DNA of 64,000 bases, taken from the NCBI GenBank assembly GCA_008690995.1, contig VRMN01000005.1, forward strand, positions 682,001-746,000, given 5' to 3'. The position numbers were made by a program, and so were the translations under genes. Below, one piece after another: positions 58,539-64,000 of this stretch (positions are counted from its first letter, which is position 1; each line of letters begins with the position of its first letter). The DNA comes from Porphyridium purpureum. Lineage: Eukaryota. The notes under the pieces were generated by a model, which had not been told where the DNA came from, did no database searches, and was given only the letters and a program-made list of their open reading frames with translations.

Positions 58539-60008
58539 ATGGAGCTGTCTTTGCCAGTGGCATTCGACGACGCGGCCGGTTCGCGCAAGGTTTTCGAGGA
58601 CACGCTGAGCTTCCTCATCTCGTCGCATGGTCAGACGCACAGTCTGTCGGCGGTGCTACTCGACCATGTCCAAGACTACTTCTCGGCGCCCGACGCGCGT
58701 CTTTTTCGGTTTCTAATAGGCAAACTCTTGTCGGCGAACTCCGTACAGCATGAGGATATGCTAGAGGATGTGCTGCTTCACCTCCGCGATGCCTTTTACC
58801 GTCTGCGCATGAACAATGGTCGAGGCGGCTCCAAGGGTCCTCAAGTACAGCATGGTTGTCTGTCACCGCTTGGCTTTTGTGAGCAAACGCAAGAGGGCGG
58901 TGTCGGCTCGTCGGAGGTGTTCTGGGACGTCCTAGAAGAAATACTCAGCTCAGTGGCCGACGCCAAAGTCCCAGAGCGCCTGCTGCACTATACCGCGAAC
59001 GGCGAATGTCACACTTTGCGAAATGACGCAAGCCGTGCGCACCACTCGAGTCTGGTTGAGTTCTACTTCGAATGGGAAAAACCGCGGGCAGCGACAGGCC
59101 ACGGCAAAAGACGTGCGTCTGAGTGGGAGCACGAGCTGATGGAAGCAGACGAGCATGAGGAGACTGGCGCCGGAACTCGGAAAAGTGCTGCCCAGTTGGT
59201 TGTGGAGCGCCAAGCTTTGCGGTTGCGCAGCTTGAACTTTTTATGTTCTTTCGCGGCGCATGTGTTGAGCATAGGGCCTGTCGACGACGATGGCCATCGT
59301 GGTGCCGCAGGTAGTAGCACGACGAGAAGCACGGCACTTTGTCGTGCGGGCGGCTGGGCCGTATTGTTTGCAAATCTCGGCAGACACCGCGCTGGCAGAC
59401 CGGTGGTGCAGGTGCGAAAGGTGCTGGCGAGGTTGCACAATGCCTCTACGATGCGTCGTTCATGGAATCATCGTGAAGATGACGACGGCCATGAATTGTC
59501 GGGAGCGCCATTTGAACATTGCATATCGTCGTTTTGCGATTCCGTGTCGCTTTCCGAACGAGAAGAGCTCGCCGACGCGCTTCTGGAGTACTGTTTACAC
59601 ATTCCAGTCGAAGCCTACATGAGCCTCGCGCTTTTCATGAGTGGCATTGCGCACAGCTGGGTGCGCTTCAAAGTTGCGTACAAACTGATGCTTAAGCGAT
59701 ATCCGCTTGCTGTTCATGTCAGAAGTGGTGCGCGCGCGGTATCGGCCGGGACGTCGTTCCTGTGGCGCGAATGGGAGCTGCAATGCCTTCCTCGACGTCC
59801 GCCGCCGTCTCATCCTGAAAGCGCAGCTCTGCTGAAAGTGTTGCTTCGTGTCGTGTTTGACTCTGCCGTGGAGCTCGCGCAGGCTGAGAGGATGGCACAT
59901 GAGAATCGAGGCGTGGTAGACGCATCCGCAGGTACTGAGCCTTTCGATGTGAGGGTGGAGCTGGCCTCACGGTGTCGTGAACTGGATGCACACTTGGACT
60001 CTTTTTAG
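58539..60008 (+). CDS. Hypothetical protein (489 aa)
   Basis: Long ATG-initiated ORF after an AT-rich intergenic stretch, with protein-like composition. No motif recognised. Confidence 0.65.
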   Translation: MELSLPVAFDDAAGSRKVFEDTLSFLISSHGQTHSLSAVLLDHVQDYFSAPDARLFRFLIGKLLSANSVQHEDMLEDVLLHLRDAFYRLRMNNGRGGSKGPQVQHGCLSPLGFCEQTQEGGVGSSEVFWDVLEEILSSVADAKVPERLLHYTANGECHTLRNDASRAHHSSLVEFYFEWEKPRAATGHGKRRASEWEHELMEADEHEETGAGTRKSAAQLVVERQALRLRSLNFLCSFAAHVLSIGPVDDDGHRGAAGSSTTRSTALCRAGGWAVLFANLGRHRAGRPVVQVRKVLARLHNASTMRRSWNHREDDDGHELSGAPFEHCISSFCDSVSLSEREELADALLEYCLHIPVEAYMSLALFMSGIAHSWVRFKVAYKLMLKRYPLAVHVRSGARAVSAGTSFLWREWELQCLPRRPPPSHPESAALLKVLLRVVFDSAVELAQAERMAHENRGVVDASAGTEPFDVRVELASRCRELDAHLDSF

Positions 60009-60779
60009 ACATGCCGATGGTGATGCCTCTTGATTTTTCACGGAGACCATTGCAGGCTTTGGGTCACCTGCTGCATGCTTTCGAAGCGCATCAACGTGGT
60101 TGATTTGAACTTGAAGCAGAGGCGCAATCGCGCCGGAACCACCTCTAAACTCAAGCTCATTGGTGCGAGCGCGGTTTTCTGAAGGTGAATCAGTCAGCTT
60201 GACAAGCCAAGTCGCAATGTAGTGTTTCCGTTGGAGTGGGAAGCGTGTGCCTTGCAAATCTTTGACCAGAGAGATGACCACAAGTTAATTTCTAAGCATT
60301 CCTGGGTGGAGAGGACCAAATTGGCTGGCTGTGATCTTGCTTGTTTGCTGGTGCGACGGTAGAGCGCTTGATTGAGCGCTAAAACTTTACATTGAAGCTC
60401 GAGCACAAACTCAAGCTCGAGTGGCTCCGTGGCTCCATGGCTCCATGACCCAATCAAAATGACGGGGACCTGATGCTCTCTCGACACATTCGCTGACATG
60501 ATTCCATTTTTGCTTACCATGTGCGAAATGCAAACAAATGCCACAAAGTCGCGCGCCGCCTTTACCGAAACCGTCTCGACCCCCCGCGACGCATTTCAAG
60601 CTTTGGTGGCCGTGGGTTCAAATGCTGTCATGCTTCAGCGGAGATCGGCAATTCACGTCCTACATTCACGCAGAACACAGCTTGTACAAAAGAACGCCAT
60701 GTTTGAGGTTTTTGCTCGTCACTGCAAAGAAATTCCAATTAAACCCGTGCTTCTCTGTGAGTGCTCGTGCGCGTGCGCG

Positions 60780-61290
60780 TGACTCATGAGATATGATATA
60801 GGAGAAATACAAGCTGTATCAAGTCGGTGGAAGAAAGCAGCCTGGATTTGCCTTGCATTGCTTTTACAGGAAAGCCGGACTTTGCCATGAGTCCCGAGCC
60901 TCAAATGGCAGATGGATATCCGCTTTTTCGGACGATGCAGCTTCTGTTTTCACAACGAGTGCGTTCGCCGTGTATGCAAACTTCACTCCGTCATATTAGT
61001 AGGGAACGGGGGACTGCACTTTCCGCCACTTGCTGATAAATTTTTGTCGACACACAAGTTTCGCTGCACCCGAGACACCCACGGCAAGGAGACGTACGCG
61101 AAGAAGTAACGCGAGTGCATGCAACAGCGAAAGCGGGAGCTGGCAGTGTCCTCAGACACGGACTCGTGAAGTGTAAGACTTGCTCGAGGCCACGGAAAAG
61201 GGACACGAATGCCGCCTCGAACATCTTGAAGGTAGCGGTCAGCGCGATTCGAGGAGGAAAGCGACCGGGTTTTCTTCGACGAGCCTGGGG
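60780..61290 (+). pseudogene. Fanzor/TnpB-like RuvC C-terminal remnant
   Basis: HGLVKCKTCSRPRKRDTNAASNILKVAVSAIRGGKRPGFLRR: CxxC, RDxNAAxNI (RuvC-III) and an RPxxLxR tail. Upstream part is broken. Confidence 0.65.
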
Positions 61291-61866
61291 CCTACTCAGT
61301 CGTGCTACGTCGGTTTTACACAAGGAAGATTTACCCTGGGATGAGCAGACCAGGCAGTTGCTGTCTATATTCGGTTTGTAGTCAGGAAAGGACGCCATGC
61401 GAGTTCAATCTGGCAAAAGTCGTGTCCTTTTGCCTATGTCAATGTTCTTTAATGCACTCACTCGAGCTGCTCATTGTTTTGATCTCGGTATGTGGTCGAA
61501 ACGTCAAACGCAAGATCATGCCCGCTCTGACGTAAGCGGTCAGGAACACGGAGAATCCCGGCTCCTGCAAGTTGCAACACAATCATTCACGACACCATTC
61601 AGATGAGGTACCGCACACTATAGGCGCATGTCACAGCTTGACCGCGGCGGCCTTGAGGCTTTGACAGTCGACGAGTCTCGGTACTCGCACGCACGCTCAA
61701 AGCCTTCGCCGTGCAAACGCGTGGCGCGTGCTCGCTCGATGCATACGTCAGACTCACTGTACCTCTGAGTACAGTGGTGGGTTCTGGAGGTTCAGCGCGC
61801 GCAACCTGCGGCCGATGCAGCTGCGTGTGGAGGAGAGGCATGTCAAGTGCGTGAGGAGTTGACACG

Positions 61867-62925
61867 ATGGTGGAAGGCGTCGATGGCGGGAAGCAGGCAC
61901 GCGCGCATCCGCCGCTGCGGCGTGCGCGCGCGGTGTATACGACAATGGTCGCGGCGGTGACGCAGCAGGGTGGGATTGGCGTGGCGTCGCGCGTATCGCG
62001 CACTGCCGCCGCCGCCTCCGGTGCTACCGCGGCGCAGCAGCTGAGCTTTGTGGAGCGCATGCTGTGCGGTGCCGTCGCGCGCGGCGTCGCGCAGACCACC
62101 CTGCACCCCGTCGATGTCATGCGGACTCGATTGCAGGTGCGTAAAATCACGTCCAAACTCGAGCTTCGCACTTTTCTAAAGGGCGTGATCCCGCAGATCA
62201 CGCTCGCCGTGCCGGCGGGAGCCATCCAGTTTGTCGCCTTCGAGCTCGCAAGGGAGGAGCTCGCCAAGCTGGATCCAGACAATAAATTTGGATCCGCGCG
62301 CCAGCTTATTGCGGGCGCAATTGGTGCGCTCAGTGCGGCTGTGGTGCGAGTGCCTCAGGAGGTGTGCAAGCAGCGCATTCAGGCCGATATCTACCCCAAT
62401 GTCGCAGTTGCAGTGCGCGAAATTATGGCAGCCGACGGCATCGCCGGGTTTTATAAGGGCTGGCTTGCCACCATATCTCGCGACGTGCCTTGGAACGCTC
62501 TGTCCTTCTTGTTTCACGGAGAGACGAAGAAAGTGTTTACCTTGGTAACCAAAAAGCAACCCGATGATCGGCAGAACCTTTTGCTCGCGTCATTTTCTGG
62601 GATGCTCGCTGCGATGATCATGACACCCATCGACGTGGCCAAGACACGGATCATGACGCAGCGCGCAGGCGAAGCGGTCAAGTACTCTGGTCTTGTCAAC
62701 ACTATTCGCATCGTTATGCAGGAAGAAGGTGTGGCTGCGCTTTTCAAAGGCACCATTCCGCGCGTTATGTATTTGGCGCCTTTGGCCGGCATCACTCTGT
62801 CCGTGTACGAGGCCATTAGTAAGCAGATCTTGCGAAGGAAAGCGAGCGCGCGCTCGGCTTCGCTCAAGACGGCGCGCGGCATGCGATTTGACAATCGGCC
62901 TGCACCTGCCGTGTGTCTCTTGTAG
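61867..62925 (+). CDS. Mitochondrial carrier family (SLC25) protein, SAM-carrier-like
   Basis: Three Px[DE]xx[KR]xR repeats (PVDVMRTR, PQEVCKQR, PIDVAKTR) and RDVPW. Start may be ATG 61945. Confidence 0.9.
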   Translation: MVEGVDGGKQARAHPPLRRARAVYTTMVAAVTQQGGIGVASRVSRTAAAASGATAAQQLSFVERMLCGAVARGVAQTTLHPVDVMRTRLQVRKITSKLELRTFLKGVIPQITLAVPAGAIQFVAFELAREELAKLDPDNKFGSARQLIAGAIGALSAAVVRVPQEVCKQRIQADIYPNVAVAVREIMAADGIAGFYKGWLATISRDVPWNALSFLFHGETKKVFTLVTKKQPDDRQNLLLASFSGMLAAMIMTPIDVAKTRIMTQRAGEAVKYSGLVNTIRIVMQEEGVAALFKGTIPRVMYLAPLAGITLSVYEAISKQILRRKASARSASLKTARGMRFDNRPAPAVCLL

Positions 62926-63005
62926 TCGGCAACCTTGCGGCTCTGATGCCGCAACAAAAAGGCCTGTAGCGTTTCGTAGGATCATTTTCTAGGAATCACA
63001 ATTTA

Positions 63006-63668
63006 TTAGTCTTCGTCGTCTTCTGGTGCACTTTCTCTCAGCATTTCAACAAGAGAGATGCGGATTTCGTTCATCTCGTTCCCCTGCAACGTGGAACGCA
63101 CAAACTCGCATTTTACCACGAGCAGCAACATCTCCAAAGCGCCTCGGATGACGCCGCACACGAGGTTGGAGAAGCTCAGCTGGGCATACTCCTCTGGCAA
63201 TTCGGTGAACTCGGCGAGAGGGTTTTCGTCGAAAAGAATACTGTACGCGGTGTTGTCCGCGTTCCACAGGTCGACGCTCGCCTGCACGTTGAGATACATT
63301 TTGAAGCCCACCTTTGCGACGATCTCCGCCGAATCCTGGAACGAGCGACAGTCCGAAACTCCGCTCTTCGCGAAAAAATCGTCCGCCAGCCGCACGCCAA
63401 TGTTGTACCCCATCAGATCCAACTGCTTATTCACCTCTTCGATGGACTCATAGTCGGCAATCACTTGTCGCACCAAGCTCCCGTACGTCAGCGCCAATAG
63501 CTCCACTGGCACTCGCTCGCCCTTCTGCAGGGCGAGCTCGCCGAGCTTTTGCATGTTGCCGCCCTTCGACATGCTCAATGCCCCAGCCGCCTCCTTCACT
63601 CGCTGCCTTTTGCCCTTCAAACCGGCAACTGCCATGCCATGCACGCTACTCGCTCGTCCGTTAATCAC
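63006..63668 (-). CDS. BET3: TRAPP complex subunit Bet3
   Basis: ELLALTYGSLVRQ, LDLMGYNIGVRL, KVGFKMYL, ENPLAEFTELP, NLVCGVIRGALEM. Start is probably a downstream ATG. Confidence 0.95.
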   Translation of the reverse strand: MINGRASSVHGMAVAGLKGKRQRVKEAAGALSMSKGGNMQKLGELALQKGERVPVELLALTYGSLVRQVIADYESIEEVNKQLDLMGYNIGVRLADDFFAKSGVSDCRSFQDSAEIVAKVGFKMYLNVQASVDLWNADNTAYSILFDENPLAEFTELPEEYAQLSFSNLVCGVIRGALEMLLLVVKCEFVRSTLQGNEMNEIRISLVEMLRESAPEDDED

Positions 63669-63784
63669 TTGCTTCTCGGGGAGACACGGAGCTTTATCGT
63701 GGCGTGCCGTTCGGCAACGCGTGAGAGCGCGCAGCGTTGCAAGGGGCAGACTCTGCTGCGAGCAACCGTCAGAGCATCATCAGA

Positions 63785-64000
63785 ATGAAACTGTGCCCGC
63801 GCGAGCTGGACCACCTGGTGTTGTGCCAGGTGGGGCAGCTGGCGCAACGACGTCTGGCGCGCGGTTTGCGACTCAACTACCCGGAAGCGCAGGGGCTGAT
63901 CGCACTTGTTACGCTCGAGTGGATCCGGGACGGAGTTCACAGTGTCGCGGAGCTGATGGCGCGCGGAAAGCGCGTGCTGGGACTGGCCAATGTCCTGCCT
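63785..64000 (+). CDS. URE: Urease, N-terminal gamma domain (runs off the window)
   Basis: Not in the ORF track. My translation is MKLCPRELDHLVLCQVGQLAQRRLARGLRLNYPEAQGLIA..EWIRDG..SVAELMARGKRVLG. Confidence 0.93.
   Translation, partial: MKLCPRELDHLVLCQVGQLAQRRLARGLRLNYPEAQGLIALVTLEWIRDGVHSVAELMARGKRVLGLANVLP

Overview
Eukaryotic, intron-poor DNA of about 55% GC. The gene style and retroelement types suggest a unicellular red alga (Porphyridium-like); this is inference only. The window has two halves. (1) About 1-43 kb is a transposon nest. It holds two paralogous Plavaka-type (CACTA/EnSpm-related) DDE transposase genes (831-4745 and 16347-26927). The second is split by a full-length Ty1/Copia element with 259-bp LTRs. 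Between the two lie four large non-transposase genes: a PWWP protein, a RING-finger protein and two unknowns. A solo LTR also lies between them; further right are decayed Gypsy and Copia copies and an inverted LTR-like pair. (2) About 43-64 kb is host genes: three glycosyltransferase-like genes, PUS7/TruD, a hypothetical protein, a Fanzor/TnpB remnant, a mitochondrial-carrier gene, BET3/TRAPPC3 and the start of urease. The most unusual signal is at the DNA level. The block ~5.07-12.06 kb is saturated with perfect 6-14 bp palindromes centred on ATAT. The neighbouring block ~12.25-19.85 kb is instead saturated with ATNCGNAT. Both signatures are written over coding sequence and stop at block borders, which suggests element-specific self-marking in cargo-carrying transposons. 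All motif counts were made by eye and are approximate.
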